NCBI RefSeq assembly: GCF_018977255.1
Contig: NW_024704743.1
Span: 106,394,001 to 106,458,000 of the forward strand
DNA length: 64,000 nt
From: Callorhinchus milii
Taxonomy: Eukaryota
Direction of reading: 5' to 3'
The position numbers were made by a program, and so were the translations under genes. The notes below the pieces were generated by a model, which did no database searches, was not told the origin of the DNA, and saw only the letters and a list, made by a program, of their open reading frames with translations. Of this stretch, positions 27,064 through 43,380 are shown in pieces (position 1 is the first letter of the stretch; every line of letters starts with the position of its first letter).

Positions 27064-28435
27064 AAACAACAACAACAACAACAAGATTCCATTTATTGAG
27101 CGCCTTTCATGTCGGGGGGACGTCCCAAGGCACTGGACAGTTGGGTCAGGACCCGAGCAGGGGGGAAATGGTCAGGGTGAGGGGAGGGAAAGGAGGGAGC
27201 GAGGAGGGGATAGAGAGTCGAGAGGGGAGCTGAAGGCACGGTCAAAGAGAAAGGTCTTGAGACCGGCCTTGAAGGAGGAAAGGGAGGAGGCAAGGTGAAG
27301 GCACTGGGGGATAGAGTTCTAGAGCCTCGGGGCTGAGAGGCTGAAGGCCCGGCCACCGATGGTGGGGCGGGGGATGTGGAGCAGACCGGAGCCAGAGGAA
27401 CGGAGGGTACGGGCAGGTAGGTAGGGGGATAGTAGGTCAGAGAGGTAGGAGGGAGCAAGGCCGTGAATGGCCTTGTAGGTGAGGGTGAGGATCTTGAATT
27501 CGATCCTCTGGGGGATGGGGAGCCAGTGGAGGCGAGCGAGGGTGGGAGTGATGTGGTCGCGAAGCCTGGTGCGGGACAGTACACGAGCTGCAGAGTTCTG
27601 AATGACCTGCAGCTTGTGGAGGGAGGTGGCGGGAAGGCCGGCGAGGAGAGAGTTCCCATAGTCCAGCGTTGAGGTGATAAAGGGGTGGACCAGGGTTTCA
27701 GCAGCGTGAGGGGTTAGGTAATGCCGTAGTCTGGCGATATTCCAGAGGTGATGAAAGGTGGTGCCAGTTGTGGCGCGGATATGAGGGAGAAAGGACAGCT
27801 CAGGATCGAACAGAATCCCGAGGTTCCTGACTGACTTTGAGGGGTGTAGATTGCAGCCTTGGATGCTGATGGTGTCAGCGCCTGAGGTGCGGAGGCGCTG
27901 ACGCGAGCCAAACAGGAGGGCCTCAGTTTTGTGCACGTTGAGCTGGAGAAAGTTATCTCTCGTCCAGGACTCGATGTCGGACAGGCAGGCTGTCAGGACA
28001 TCGGTGGTCGTGGAGTTGAGGGTAGAGGAGGAAAGGTAGAGTTGGGTGTCATCCGCATACATGTGGAAGTTAACCCCATGTCTGCGGATGATGTCACCAA
28101 GGGGGAGCGTGTAGAGGGTGAAGAGGAGGGGACCGAGGACAGAGCCTTGAGGGACACCGCACAAGACAGTGCAGGGGCCGGAGGAAAAACCATTTGTGGA
28201 GACAAAGTGGAGACGTTGGGAGAGGTACGACCTAAACCACTCAAGGACAAGGCCTTGAAGGTTTAGGTGGGAGGACAGGCGGTGAAGGAGGATAGCATGG
28301 TCGACCGTATCGAATGCTGCCGATAGGGCGAGGAGGCAGAGGGGGCCCTGGTCACAGATGATCAGGATGTCATTGGTGACCTTGACCAGGGCAGTTTCTG
28401 TGCTATGGGCAGCACGGAAACCCGACTGAAGGGGA
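27064..28435 (-). mobile_element. 5'-truncated L2 LINE (RT C-terminal half), young
   Basis: 281-aa ORF with [13 protein letters not shown] and YADD, L2-type QNSAARVL...LHWLPI C-terminus, (CAA)n tail at about 27064. Confidence 0.93.
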
Positions 28436-28440
28436 ATAAA

Positions 28441-28765
28441 GTGGAGTCCTGTAGCTCAGTGGTTAGAGCTCTCGCTTTGCAAGTGAGAGATCTGAGTTCA
28501 ATTCCAGGCAGGGCGAAACCTTGGGCAAGTTTCCTTACTCCACACGCCTAATAATAATCCCTCCAAAAAAACAAAACAATAATAAATTGGTCATTTTCAA
28601 TCTACGACTGTTTGTGGGACATTGCTGTGCGCAATTGGCTGCCGCGTTCGCCCACAAATATACAGTCAATTCACTTTACAGTCTATTCTGTGAAGCGCTT
28701 TGGGACGTCCTCCCGACGTGAAAAGCGCTATATCAAATGCAAGGATTATTATTATTATTATTATT
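28441..28765 (+). mobile_element. tRNA-Ala-headed SINE, short form, full length
   Basis: Family match; possible TSD ATAAAG (28436-28441 / 28766-28771). Confidence 0.93.
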
Positions 28766-30114
28766 ATAAAGAGGAAAAAAAGTTCTGAAAATAGTTAAAG
28801 CTTCTGTTTTTTTTCTACTGAGTTTCAATATGTTTGCACAATCCTTGTGCACCTGCAGACAAAGCTTGGATATTCCTGAGAGGGGAGAACAAAGGTCTTT
28901 AATGCTTTCAGACATCATGTCCCAAATCTCTGGAACTCCCTGCCTCATTCCCACCATCTTTGCCAATCCTCAAATCACACCTGAAGACTTTCATCTTCAA
29001 CCGTGTCTTCAGTCACCTCATCTCTCTTTCCAGCTCGGCATCAAACCACACCACTGTCAATGGCTCTGAGATGTATCTGAGTGAAGGGTGTTATATAAAT
29101 GCAAGTTGTTGTTAGTGGGTAAAAGAGATACACATCAGGAAATAAAGAAACGAAATGCTGGAAATATACAACAACAACAACTTTCATTCATATACAAGGG
29201 ATCGACCAGCATGAGCTGTGGGTGTGACTATCAAACCACAACGTGTTTTTGCTGTATACCTTGCTCAGTAGCTTATTGTTTGTTAAACCACCAAGGCCGG
29301 TATCATCTATTTTGGTGCTGAAATGTGGTCTAACAGCTTAGTGGATTAATGGAATTCAGATTCGAAAAGGATTAATGAGACTCTGCAGCGATTATATCCA
29401 CTTTACACATTCTGAAATTACAGGAATATATCCTACTGCGGATAGTGATTAAAATACACATTAAAATATATTTTTAAAAACACTTTCTGTTAGAGGGTGG
29501 GGTTGGGCACCCTCCTTCCAAGATTACTGTCCACTCATTGCTGTTTTGTTGGCACATGGCTTTACCTTGGTGACTTGTTGAAGAGGATGCAATGTGGTTT
29601 GTATCCTCTTCAGTATAGAATCACAAACTAAGACAAACGAATGACATAAGAAAATGGATCTGAATATATACATCTATATTTGAAGATGTCGTTTTACTTT
29701 GTACTTACTATGGTTATGGTTATGAGATTATGGTTAAAAATTGGCGAATTGGTTGAAAAACTAATTGCATTGACAGCTTGAGGGTAAAGCAGGTTATAGA
29801 TCATGGAGACAAATCCTGAGTTTGCTGATTTCACTTTGAGGAGAGGCACATCAGCCAAAGTTTCCCCTCCTGATCACTATCCACTAAAATGTGTGGGAGA
29901 GGTGGGGTGAGAAGAGATGAGGCTTGGCTGTCATGTCCTCTGTGGTCAAGTGAGGGGGATGGAGTATTTGTGGCCTAAGATGTACGCATTTCCCACTAGT
30001 TACCAGATGGCTGCCCAATGTCAGCAATGTGGACTCCATCAACAAAATACATAGAACTCCATTTGTTTTCTTGCCAAATGTTACATAAACATAATGTTGC
30101 TACTTGTTAACTTG

Positions 30115-30392
30115 TTAACTCTATATCGACCTGTTTGCTCCCACATCCCCCACTCGACCAGCCTCAACATTGCTAGTCAGGCCTTCCGCCTCTCTGCCCC
30201 CACCCTTTGGAACTCCATCCCACAGTCCCTTTGCCTCATTCCCTCCCTTAACTCCTTGAAGGCACGTCTCAAGACCCTCTTCTTTGACCGCACCTTTGGT
30301 CACCCTTCTATCCCTATGAGTCCAAATCCCTGACTATCCAAAGCCTTGGGACATCCTCCCAACTTAAAAGGTGCCATACAAATGCAATTTGT
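30115..30392 (+). mobile_element. L2 LINE 3' fragment
   Basis: AFRLSAPTLWNSIP...KTLFFDRTF plus tail. Confidence 0.8.
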
Positions 30393-30447
30393 TTTTTTGC
30401 TTTCTTGCTTGCTATCTCTCTTTCATTAAGGGATTTCCTATTATGGA

Positions 30448-30750
30448 GGAGTCCTGTAGCTCAGTGGTTAGAGCACTCGCTTTGCAAGTGAGAGACCTGA
30501 GTTCAATTCCAGGCAGGGCGAAACCTTGGGCAAGTTTCTTTACTCCACACGCCTAATAAAACCAAAAACAATAATAAATTGGTCATTTTCAATCCACGAC
30601 TGTTTGTGGGACACTGCTGTGTGCAATTGGCTGCCGCGTTCGCCCACAAATATACAGACAATTCACTTTACAGTGTGTTCTGTGAAGCGCTTTGGGACGT
30701 CCTCCCGACGTGAAAAGTGCTATATCAAATGCAAGGATTATTATTATTAT
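30448..30750 (+). mobile_element. tRNA-Ala-headed SINE, short form
   Basis: Family match with (ATT)n tail. Confidence 0.92.
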
Positions 30751-32499
30751 AAAGACTTAGCCATGTTTTAGTGATCAGAGTAAAATATCAGCCGAAGAAC
30801 AAGAGGATGGGGAGCGAAACTGTTGAGTGGCAATATAATAGAACAAGGCTATGAGGATCAGAAAGCAAAGGAAATGCACTTGTAGATGTTCGTTAGTGCA
30901 CGTGGGACCTAACATGAATCAGTCAGCCACCTGGTATTCAGAACCTTGCCACACAAAGTCTGGGGTTATGGCGACATATGGTTTCCTGGTTCATGATTAT
31001 GTTGCCATAGCAATTTCTAATTTATTTAGAATATTCCTGTAGCTCTTCTAAAATATCTTCTTTGCTGTTAGTGTGGTGACTGACTGTTGTGATAACTGAC
31101 TGGCTGGTGCACTGGGACGAACATATACATTTTAATTCTAGCCAGATGCTGTGGAACCCTGGCTATAATGTTTCCATGTGAAATGATCTTGGGTAATCTG
31201 AATCCCATACATTAGTGGCAATATGACTCATCCACAAAACTGGTCAGTCTGAGCAGTGGGAAATGTTCTTTTAAGCATACAGTTGAGGGGTGTAGGGAGA
31301 GCTTTATTTTGTGTCGTGGCAGTGCTATACCCTCTGTGATAGCCTGGGCTCCTAACCTTGAAGTTTTTTATTTTAAATGACCAAAATAAATAATTTTCAG
31401 TATGAAATATAGTTTAGAAACATCCAGGAAATTAATTTGCGTGGTGAATGGAGATTTTGTGGACGAATGCGGCAGCCAATTTGTGCACAGCAATGTCCCA
31501 CAAACTGCTGTTGAGATTACTAAAAACTGTAGCGATTTTGTATTCTTTGCAACATTTGTTTTTTCGGAAAGATTTGGTGTGGTAGTTTTGCTACTAAAAA
31601 TAATTTATAATGTCAGTTCAGACACTGCTGAGAAGGTACAGAAGAAAAAATAGTACCGTGGTCATATTTTCCATTGCTACTTTGTGAAAGAGGAACTGAA
31701 AAGCTGACCACTGCGAGTTTTGCAAATACATGGGTTTACCCATCATTGTGACTTGTAAGAGTTTTTTTTAAGTGTGCTAATATGGTGAACTGTTCCTACC
31801 AAGGTATACTTGTTTGCTGTGATGCTGAATTAAAGGTTAAATTGTCTGTTTTTTACCTTGTCCAGTGTGAATATTACAAAATGTAGCTGGAATTAATTAG
31901 TCTACACAAGTTGTTAAATTATCTCCATTATTGTAAAGTCTCATTTTTTTCTTAAACTCTAATTTATGCAAATCGTTTTAACAATTTTTCAAAACTATAT
32001 AACGCCTTAAATTTGAATACTGTAGTTTTAAGATTGGCCCATGAGAAAACCTTCAATGACAGAATCCTTGGCTGAATTTCCCTTCCCTCCCGCATTCCAC
32101 CAAAAAAAATCCAGGGCACGAAATTCAATTATAGCTGTCTAACAGTACGACAGGAGATTGAGCTTTTTGTTTGTTGGAATAAATTTGTACTCTTAATAGT
32201 TGGCTTTAACTTATAACAATCCTTGCATTACATTGTTAAGAGTTATCAAAGTGCTTCACAGGATGTCTGTAGTGTTGTGATTATGTATCTTATTTGACTG
32301 CAATATTTCTGCGACTGGGAACTCAAATCATATGCTACTCATAGTGAGGCTAGCTGATAGTTGGTGTGAAGAAAGGGGATGTACAATCAAAATGAAACCT
32401 GCCTGCCAAAGTGCCAAAGTTCCTTTTTTTGTGTGTGAATCTCTTTATTTTATATTGATTTTTGAATCCTATGTTGTTTAAAATTAAATTAAAATTAAT

Positions 32500-32820
32500 A
32501 ATAATTAATAATACTTGCAATAATATAGGACCTTCTTTATCAGGAGGATGTCTCAAAGCACTTACCTGTAAAACGTAATATAGGTAAACTCGATAGCCAA
32601 TCTGTGCACAACAATGTCCCACAAATAGCAAATGAAGTGAGTGACCAATTTTACTGGAGGATTATTAACCAGGTCACTGGGAGAAACGCCCCTCCTTTTT
32701 ATGAATTGGGATTTTTAACATGTACTCGAACAGGCAGATGAGACCTCAGTTTAATGGCTCATCCGAAGGACAGCATCTCCAACAGTGCAGCACACCCTCA
32801 GCACCACACTGGAGTGTCAG
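32500..32820 (-). mobile_element. Deu-domain SINE, partial
   Basis: Core and tail match 8110-8541. Confidence 0.72.
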
Positions 32821-33406
32821 TTTCTTCATTTTTCTTTATTTCTGTGTATTTAACGCTGAGGTTCACGTTTTTTGACTCTTCCACTTATTAAGAGCAGGCA
32901 GAGGTATTGCTGCTCGCTGAATATTTTTTCATTTACCCATTGTTCATTGTGTGTTGCCCTAAGATCAACGGAGTACTACAAAACTGCAAACTAATGGCTC
33001 TAATCCCTGGAGCAAATGTTTTTCCAGTAATTGTGTGAAGGTTTTTTTTAATCCTTTGTCAGGTTTCATGCTGGGGACACGATGTACACTGAGGGGGTAG
33101 ACAGCCCAAAAGAGGTGTGGTTGCTTTCTGTAGTGCACATTGCTGTTTTATTTTCTTCCTTTCCAGGAATTGTTTGCTACATATAGCAAGCTGAATGATA
33201 CTTTCTTCTTAGTGCAAAAAGGATGCAAAGCATATTTTAGCTGCGTTACAAGAAAAGCTGGCTTACTAAGGGCAAACCCTCTGGAAGGAAAATAACTTTT
33301 TTTTAATAATAGAAACCACTTTGTGGCACTTGAGGGAAACCTAGGGCTCACCTGTACATTGCTATCAATTGAAGCGTTTTGATTCTAAATTTTATACATC
33401 TCTTAA

Positions 33407-33631
<225 letters not shown>

Positions 33632-33694
33632 TGACCTGGACCTTGAAAATTGCCTCTCTGGATAATGCCCTGACTGAGATTCAATAATAAAGTA

Positions 33695-34225
33695 AAATAA
33701 TAATCCTTACCTTTGGTATATATCACCTTTCACGTCAGGAGGATTCACAGAACATACTGCAAAGTGCAGTGTCTTTTTAGGCAAATGCAGCAACTAATTT
33801 CCACACAGCGCTGTCCCACAAACAATCATAGAGTTAACAACCAATTTTATAATAATAATAACAATCCTTGCATTTGATATAATGATTTTCATGTCTTCCA
33901 GACATCTTAAAGCGCATCACAGAATATACTGTAAAGTGAATTGACTGTATATTTGTGGGCAAACCACAGCAGCCAATTGTGCACAGCAGTATGGGAGATT
34001 GTTGGCCAGGACACTGGGAGACATTCACTTTTCATTTCAAATAATGCCATGGGATCTTTAATGTCCACCTGAACTGGCAGATGGGACCTCGGTTTAATGT
34101 TCATTTAAAGGACAGCATGTCTAACAAGCCAATACTGCTTAGACCGCATGAATTACGTGGGCCTTAAACACACAACCTTCCTGAGTCCGAGGCGAGAATG
34201 CGACCAATTGAGCCAGGCTGACACA
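33695..34225 (-). mobile_element. Deu-domain SINE with a younger SINE tail nested at about 33848-33990
   Basis: Two successive tails, then the Deu core and head. Confidence 0.78.
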
Positions 34226-34304
34226 CAAGACTAGTATCCCTTGAATTAGCTCAGAAAGCCTATTTATTTTATCGTTATTGTAGCATGGCGCACTTGATAG
34301 TTAG

Positions 34305-35968
<1,664 letters not shown>

Positions 35969-36964
35969 TTCGCCATTTTTTTAAACCATTATTTGTGGAC
36001 AAAAGCAAATTTGGGGTATAGTTTTATGGATGGTATGTGCCTCTTGTTTCTCACACAAGTGGGCCTTATGTGTGAGCCTTGACAGTGAGTGTTGCGGGCT
36101 AGCTGACTTGAATTCGGGGGTGTGGGGACCCCTCATATTTGAGGCATCAGCATTTGTACTTTGAGATAGCAATAAAGATTCGGATCCGTGGCATTTTTTT
36201 TGCTTCCCTAAACTAGGGATGAAGTAGATGAAAATGCCCCACCTATGAATCTTTTCCGTCTGTGTGACTCAGCTATGTACTAAATGTATTTGCTGATTCA
36301 TCATTCATGGAGGCTGGAACATTTGTTGTTACAGAATCCACAGAAAATGAAGACCTTGATTACCTACCAATTTCAATTATCCATTATAATGGATATTCAC
36401 GATTGCACTGTACTTCAAGTTAATAAATTGGCGTGGTTGGTAAATACAGTAATTTCTGTTTGAAAATTACTTGTATAAACAGCCAGGGAAATTGTTTTAG
36501 AACGCTAGGATGAGAGTCTTCTAGTTTTTAATATAGCTCTAAATGAAATCTGTGACTGTTTGTAGGACACTATTGTGCGCAATTAGCTGCTGCGTTTCGC
36601 CCACAAAATATACAGTCAATTCACTTTACAGTATATTCTGTGAAGCGCTTTGAGACGTCTAGAAGACATGAAAAGCGCTATATCATTATTAAATGTTATA
36701 GCATGATAACTTGACCCAATCTATGTGAGTTACAGGCATTGGATACTTTTGAACATAAAACTAGTGATTATATTGTATGGACCATTTCCAGTAAGGCATA
36801 TGCGTAGTAAAATATAAAATCTCGTAGCTGGTTGGACACACTCCTTATCTAAAGGCTATGCTTATTCTTTGCTCTAAATGCCTGCCCTTTTCCGACAGAT
36901 ATTTTCTATAATAGTTTTCTGATATCTTCTGAAACATATACATATATTATATGTGCTGTGTCCC

Positions 36965-39077
36965 TTGTCCCCCTAAAATCCAGGACCATCTCCAAACACA
37001 CCCGATCCCCCTGGTACAACAACCATTTCCGCGCCTAAAGACCCAAATCCGTCTGCTCGAGCGCAAATGGCGGAAAACTGGCCTAACAGTTCACCGCCAA
37101 CTGTGGCTCGAGCATCTCCACAGCTACCGTCGTTCTTTGACATGCGCAAAAACGGCCTTCTACTCCAACATCATTTTGGAGGCTAAAATCCTTTTTTCCA
37201 CCACCTACTACCTCCTCCTTGCCCCCCCTCAGGCCTCCTCCATCTTCGTATCAAATGCCAAGTGCGAGGAGGTCATGGCCTTCTTTTCATCTAAAATACT
37301 TAACATCCGCCAGGCAGCCTCATCCACCTGCCCCTTGTCACCCACCACCACGCGCTCTCTGTCCCCCTCACCTTCCTCATCATCTGCTCCTACCACCACC
37401 CCCATTCTACATTCCTTCCTCACCATCTTTCCCTCCTCCCTCTCACCCACCATCACCTCCATGAAGCACACCACCTGCTGCCTCGACCCCTCCCCACCGA
37501 CTTGCTGGTCACCCAGCTCCCCCTCCTCTGCCCACTACTGGCTGACGTCATCAACCAGTCCCTCTCTTCTGGATCAGTCCCTGCCCCCCTCAAAACTGCT
37601 GTCATCACCCCCCTCCTGAAAATACCCTCCCAAGATCCCTCAAACCCCAGCCACTTCCACCCTATTTCTAACCTGCCCTTCCTCTCAAAAGTTCTAGAAC
37701 GCATTGTTGCCAACCAACTCCGCGCACACCTCTCCTCCCACTCCCTCTTCCAACCCCTCCAGTCCGGTTTCCGCTCTGCCCACAGTACAGAGATTGAGCT
37801 TGTGAAAGTCACAATCGACATCCTCTCTATCTGTGACCAGGGCTCCCTCTGCCTCCTTGTCCTCCTGGACCTCTCCGCCGCGTTCGACACAGTCAATCAC
37901 GCCATCCTCCTCCACCGCCTTTCCTCCGTCATCCACCTCAGTGGGACCGCACTCACCTGGTTCGAGTCCTACCTCACAAACTGCCAGCAGTACATCTGCA
38001 TAAACGGCTTCTCCACCCGCTCTCACCCGGTCACCTGCGGGGTACCCCAAGGATCCATCCGTAGCCCCCTCCTCTTTCTGATCTATATACTTCCTCTTGG
38101 GGATGTCATCCGCAGACATGGGGTACACTTCCACATGTATGCAGACGACACCCAACTCTATTTTTCCACCTCTCTTTGCAACCCTCATTCCCCTGATGTT
38201 CTGTCAGCCTGCCTGTCAGACATAAGGGATTGAATGAGCGCAAATTTCCTTCAGCTGAACATTGACAAGACGGAAGCCATACTCTTTGGCTCTCATCAAC
38301 GTCTAAAATCTCACTGCTCTCACCTCCTCCACCTACCTGACCTCCCCCTAAAACTCTCCGAACCCGTACGCAACCTAGGGGTCAGGGTCGACCCCCAATT
38401 ATCCTTCCTCCCCCAAACCCGGACCCTCACCAGCACCGTCTTCTACCACCTCCGTCGCATCGCCCGTCTCCGCCAATACCTCTCCCCAAAAGCTGCGGAA
38501 ACCCTGGTCCATGCCTTTATCATCTCTCGGCTGGACTACTTTAACCCCCTCCTCGCGGGTTTTCCATCCACTACCATCCATAAAATCCAAATCATTCAAA
38601 ACTCTGCCGCCTGCACTCTCACCCGCACGAAACTCCGCTCCCCGATCACCCCAGTCCTTGCCAGACTGCACTGGCTGCCTATCCCAGAGAGGATCGATTT
38701 CAAGATCCTCACCCTTGTATTCAAGTACCTACACTCCTCTACAGCCCCCTACCTCTCTGACCTCCTCTCTCCTCAAAACAGTACCTGTACCTTCGTTCCT
38801 CCGGGTCTGGCCTCCTCCTCATCCCCCGAGTTCTCCGCTCCACCCTCGGTGGCCGTGCCTTCAGCCACTGTGCCCTGAGGCTCTGGAACTGCCTTCCTCA
38901 CTCCCTTCACCTCCCTCCCTCCCCATTTTCAGGTCTCTGCTGAAGACCTTTCTTTTCGACTGCGCCTTTGGTCACTTTCCTCCCCCTCCCCCTGGCTCGG
39001 AACCGGGATCCATTCCTGTAAAGTGCTCTGAGACGCCTTACGGCGTGGAGGGCACTATATAAATCCAAGTTGTTGTC
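36965..39077 (+). mobile_element. L2 LINE, about 2.1 kb, 5'-truncated and inactivated
   Basis: RT motifs ([32 protein letters not shown] at 38138-38149), in-frame TGA at 38231 and frameshifts; tail followed by (TG)n. Confidence 0.93.
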
Positions 39078-39869
39078 GTGTGTGTGTGTGTGAGTGTGTA
39101 TATTTGAAGGTTTCTGCAACTAGATCTTTATGCATTGCAGCTGGCTCGAGTAGTTTAGTAAAGCATGTGCTCAATCATTGTCGGTTTCGGTTTGTTGATC
39201 CATCCCTCTGAGCAAGAGCTTCATGAAATTACAAGCAGAAAATAATGGAAAGTTGATCAGATAGATTAACTCTTGGGCTTGAGTTAAGTGTTATCTTACC
39301 TCAGTTATATTACCTCTTTGGTGCTGTTGATTTAAAAAAAAACAAGCTTTACAGAACTTACGTGTTGCAAAATAATATCAAAGTGGGAAAATGTTTCAGT
39401 AATGGAACATCTTAACATTTCATGTTTAGTAACGTGTTAAATAAAATATTTTTACTTTGCCATTCAGAAATGGTTCTTTAACAAAACATTTGAAAAATGT
39501 GGTGCAAATGGGCAGAGAGCCACAAAGTAAACAAATGACACGGGAAGAAGCTCTTTTGTAAATGTGACTAGTATTCTATTATAGAAGTGAGGTGCTAATA
39601 GTACAATCTTGCTTCCTTATTATTAATATAATAATATTAATAATTCTTACATTTAATACACCACCTTATCAAATCAATAAAATATTTCAAAGTCTTTCAC
39701 AGGGTTTACTGTATAGTGATTGTGTACTTGTAGGCAAGTGTTGCAGCCAATTTGCGTGCAGCAATGTCCCACAAAGATTAATTTTATCTGGAGGATGATT
39801 GCAACCACAAACATGTGGGCGGTAGAAATTCACGTCAATTGCTGTAGGGGTTGAAAGTAAGACATACTG

Positions 39870-40272
39870 GTTGTGTCAGTTCTTACCATTATCACCTCTT
39901 AGTCAAAAAGCTGGGAGTTCAAGCTCCCATGTCAGGACTTTGAACACGGGCAGTCTAGGCTGACACACAGCGCAAGTGGGATGAGACGTTAAACCCAGGT
40001 CACATCTGCCTTTTCATGTGGTTGTTGAAGATTATGTGACTATTTGAAAACAGAAGGTAGTTTCTCCCCGTAACCTTGCCAAACTTTCCCCCAGATAAAA
40101 TAGATCATTCACTTCATGGATGTTAGTGGTTTATTGCTGAGCACAAATTGGCAGCCACAGTCACCTACAAAATTCCCAGTCACTACATTTTAGAGTATAT
40201 CTTGCGAACCACTTTGAAAGGTCCTCTTGACATTAAACGCACTATGTTAAATGTCAGGATTAGTATTATTAA
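39870..40272 (+). mobile_element. Deu-domain SINE, degraded
   Basis: Head, core and tail recognisable against the 8110 and 22372 copies. Confidence 0.7.
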
Positions 40273-41656
40273 TTATAAAATATAGAGTTTTACTAAATTG
40301 CCCCCATTTTGGGATGTTGAGTGGTGACACTCGCCATATGTGCAAAATTCAGCTGGGCAACTTCATCTTAAAGCACAAAAAATCCATTATAAAAAAATAT
40401 GTGAAACATTTTGTGAATTTCACCTGCTCTAAAATCTACCTAAAATTATCATTTGACATACTCTAATGCCCTGGAAGAGATTTTTTTAAAAAAAGTCTAC
40501 TGTAAACCTTGGAGGTGATAATTAATGGGATGCTGTTGTGCTGCTGAGCACTTAACTAAAGCAGGCCACTTGAAGCAGATGAATACAACATAAAATTACA
40601 TTTGTATAGTGCTTTTCACGTCAGGAGGACGTCCCAAAAATGTGCAAGCACATCTATTCTGTGGCTTTTACCAGTTCAAAGTCCAAAACTTCAAAAGGGA
40701 AGCTGTCCTTAGCTTACACTGATGTGATCAGCAGACTGAGCTTTTTGTTTTCATTTTTGATGGCAGGAATTTCCCTTTGCAATCCGAAATTAGTTTTGTT
40801 CATTTGGATTTTCTTCCAAATCTTCGTTGTTTATTCTAGATGATTCCTGGCCATTTGTAGCCACGTATTCCTATCTTTATATCCTCGATTACTACCAACC
40901 CAGCCACCTATCTGAAAACTATTTATGAATAATTCTGCTGTTTGGAATGGTGAGGAAGGATTACAGTGATGATTGGCTTCAAAAATCCTCTTAGTTATCA
41001 CTGGAACAGAGGGGGTAAAAAGAGGATCTCATTGAGGTCTTAAATGTTGAGAGAGAATAGATGATTTCCCCCAGTTGGTCGAGCTGTAACGAAAGGGCAA
41101 AAGATCAGGAAAGGTTTAGGGAAAATTGAGAAAAATATTTTCATGCAGCATTATTAGAAAATGGAATTCTTTATCTCAAGTGGTTACTACATAATCTTTA
41201 CGAAAGAATTGGCCAAGCAGAATTAAAGAGGAAGACTTTAGAAACAATTGTGAAAAGCAGGTAATTGGAAATAAAATAGTTAGCTTCAGTGCAGGAAAAA
41301 ACACAAAGATAATCTTGGTGGGCCAGAATGACTTTTCCAATACAGCCATCTCTGTCCTTTAGTCTCCTTATACCCAAGTCAAATATTTTGAGTTGCGACA
41401 CTCGTTATTGGTGGATTCTTTGGTTCAGAAGCTCTTAAGAATCTGCATGTTGCATTTAGAAAATGAGGCTTATCATGTGGTTAATTGTAGCATATTCCTT
41501 ACTGATGCTTTTAGTTGATTGTTTAGTTCAGCAGCCCTAAGAATTTGCATATTGTTGCTTCTGATGTCATCAAATGTGAGATTTTATCAATGGCATTGAG
41601 GACACTCACTAGTCAATTTGATCACATTTCTAAAGTAAATCAATATGTAGGAGAGA

Positions 41657-41990
41657 AATAATGATCCTTGCATTTTATACTGCGTCTTTCATGTCAGGAG
41701 GATGTCTCAAAATGCTTCACAGGATTTATTGTAGAGTTACGTGACTGTATTTTGTAGGCAAACCTCAACTAATATGCACACAGAAATGTCCCACACACAG
41801 CAGTGAAGTGAATGATCATTTTTATTCAGGAGATTGTTGGCCAGGACACCGGGAGAAACTCCCTTCTCTTTTTGAACAGTGCCATGGGATCTTTAACATT
41901 CATCTTGAACAGATAAAAGAGCCACTTTTTAATGTTTCATCTGAAGGACGTCACCTCCAACAATGTACTATACCCCTAGCACTAGAAGCA
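41657..41990 (-). mobile_element. Deu-domain SINE, partial
   Basis: gattgttggccaggacaccgggagaaactccc...gtgccatgggatctttaac core plus tail. Confidence 0.78.
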
Positions 41991-42412
41991 TAGAATCAAA
42001 GAAATTTACAGCACAGATGTCAGGCATTTGCCTATTTAAGTCTACACTGGCTCTCAAAGCAAGACGTTCATTCAATCTCACTGCCCTGATTTATTCCCAA
42101 ACCCTTTCAAGCCTCTATCCTTCATATACCTTGTATGCTTTCCTCTTGAAACCTACAATGGACTTACGCCTTTACCACCTTATTTGTCAGGTCATTCTAC
42201 AACAACTCTTATAACTTTGGCCCCTAGTCACTGACTCCCCTACTAGTGGAAATCACTTCTCCCTACAGCGAAGCTGATAACTCGCCCCTAGGAAAAGTTG
42301 TCAACGTCACATAACTAGTCAATCACTCAATATCCCGGTTATTCATGCACTTTGTACTTTTGAGATATTGTACTTTGATTAACGAGTCAACTCTGATAAG
42401 TAGTCATTGTGG

Positions 42413-42783
42413 GGAGTCCTGTAGCTCAGTGGTGAGAGCACTCACTTTGCAAATGAGAGGCCTGGGTTCAATTCCCGGCAGGGGGAAATGTTGGGCAAGT
42501 TTCTTTACTCCACACGCCTCTGATTACCTGGCAGTAAGTAGAAACCCAGTTGTTAGTCGATTGGCGGATTGCATTTCCAGGATAATAATCCCTTAATTAT
42601 TCAAGATATAATTTGGTCACTCAATCCACGACGTTTGTGGGATACTGCTGTGCGCAAATGGCTGCTGCATTTCGCCCACAAAATATACAGTCAATTCACT
42701 TTACAGTATATTCCGTGAAGCGCTTTGAGATGTCTAGAAGTGTGAAAAGTGCTATATCAAATCCAAGGATTATTATTATTATT
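42413..42783 (+). mobile_element. tRNA-Ala-headed SINE, long form
   Basis: Head, internal block and tail as in 4415-4800. Confidence 0.9.
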
Positions 42784-43380
42784 TCAGCTATTTCCCTTAG
42801 GGTAACAAAGTTATCATAGTTTCACAGTATTTATCCTGTCAAAACCCCTCATAACTTTGTACATTTCTTTCAAGTCCCCTCTCAACCTTCTCTTTTTCAA
42901 TGAAAATAGACCCAATTTTTCCAATCTCTCCTTGTAACTAAGGCCCTCCTCTGCTCCCCCCTCAATGCCTTTCCTCATCTTTCCTGAAATGAGGTGCCCA
43001 AAACTGAATGTAGTACACCAGCTGCAACTAAACCAAGGTATTTGTACAAATTTAGCATTATTGCTTTGCCTTTGTACACTGTTTCAGTACTTTAATTGAT
43101 GTGTCAGCCCAGACAATATGAATCCAAAATCCCAAAGTGGGGTTTGGACCCATAACCTTCCAATTCAAAGGCAAGAATGCTGCTAACTGAGCCAAGCTGA
43201 TGGGCAAATTCTACCAGGGTTTACATGTATTTACATAGCATTTTAAAGTATTTAAGATGTTGAATTCAGCCTTAACTTTGAAGTTGTTTTTCTGTAGCTC
43301 TTAAAAGAAACTTACATAAACCTGCTTCAAAATGAAGACTGTATTTTAAGAATTTCCCAATTTTTTGAAGTTCTGAAATG

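Noticed and set aside
36951..39062. Long overlapping ORFs (222, 243, 214 and 183 aa)
   Set aside because: Pieces and alternate frames of one L2 ORF2 broken by frameshifts and a stop; not a host gene.
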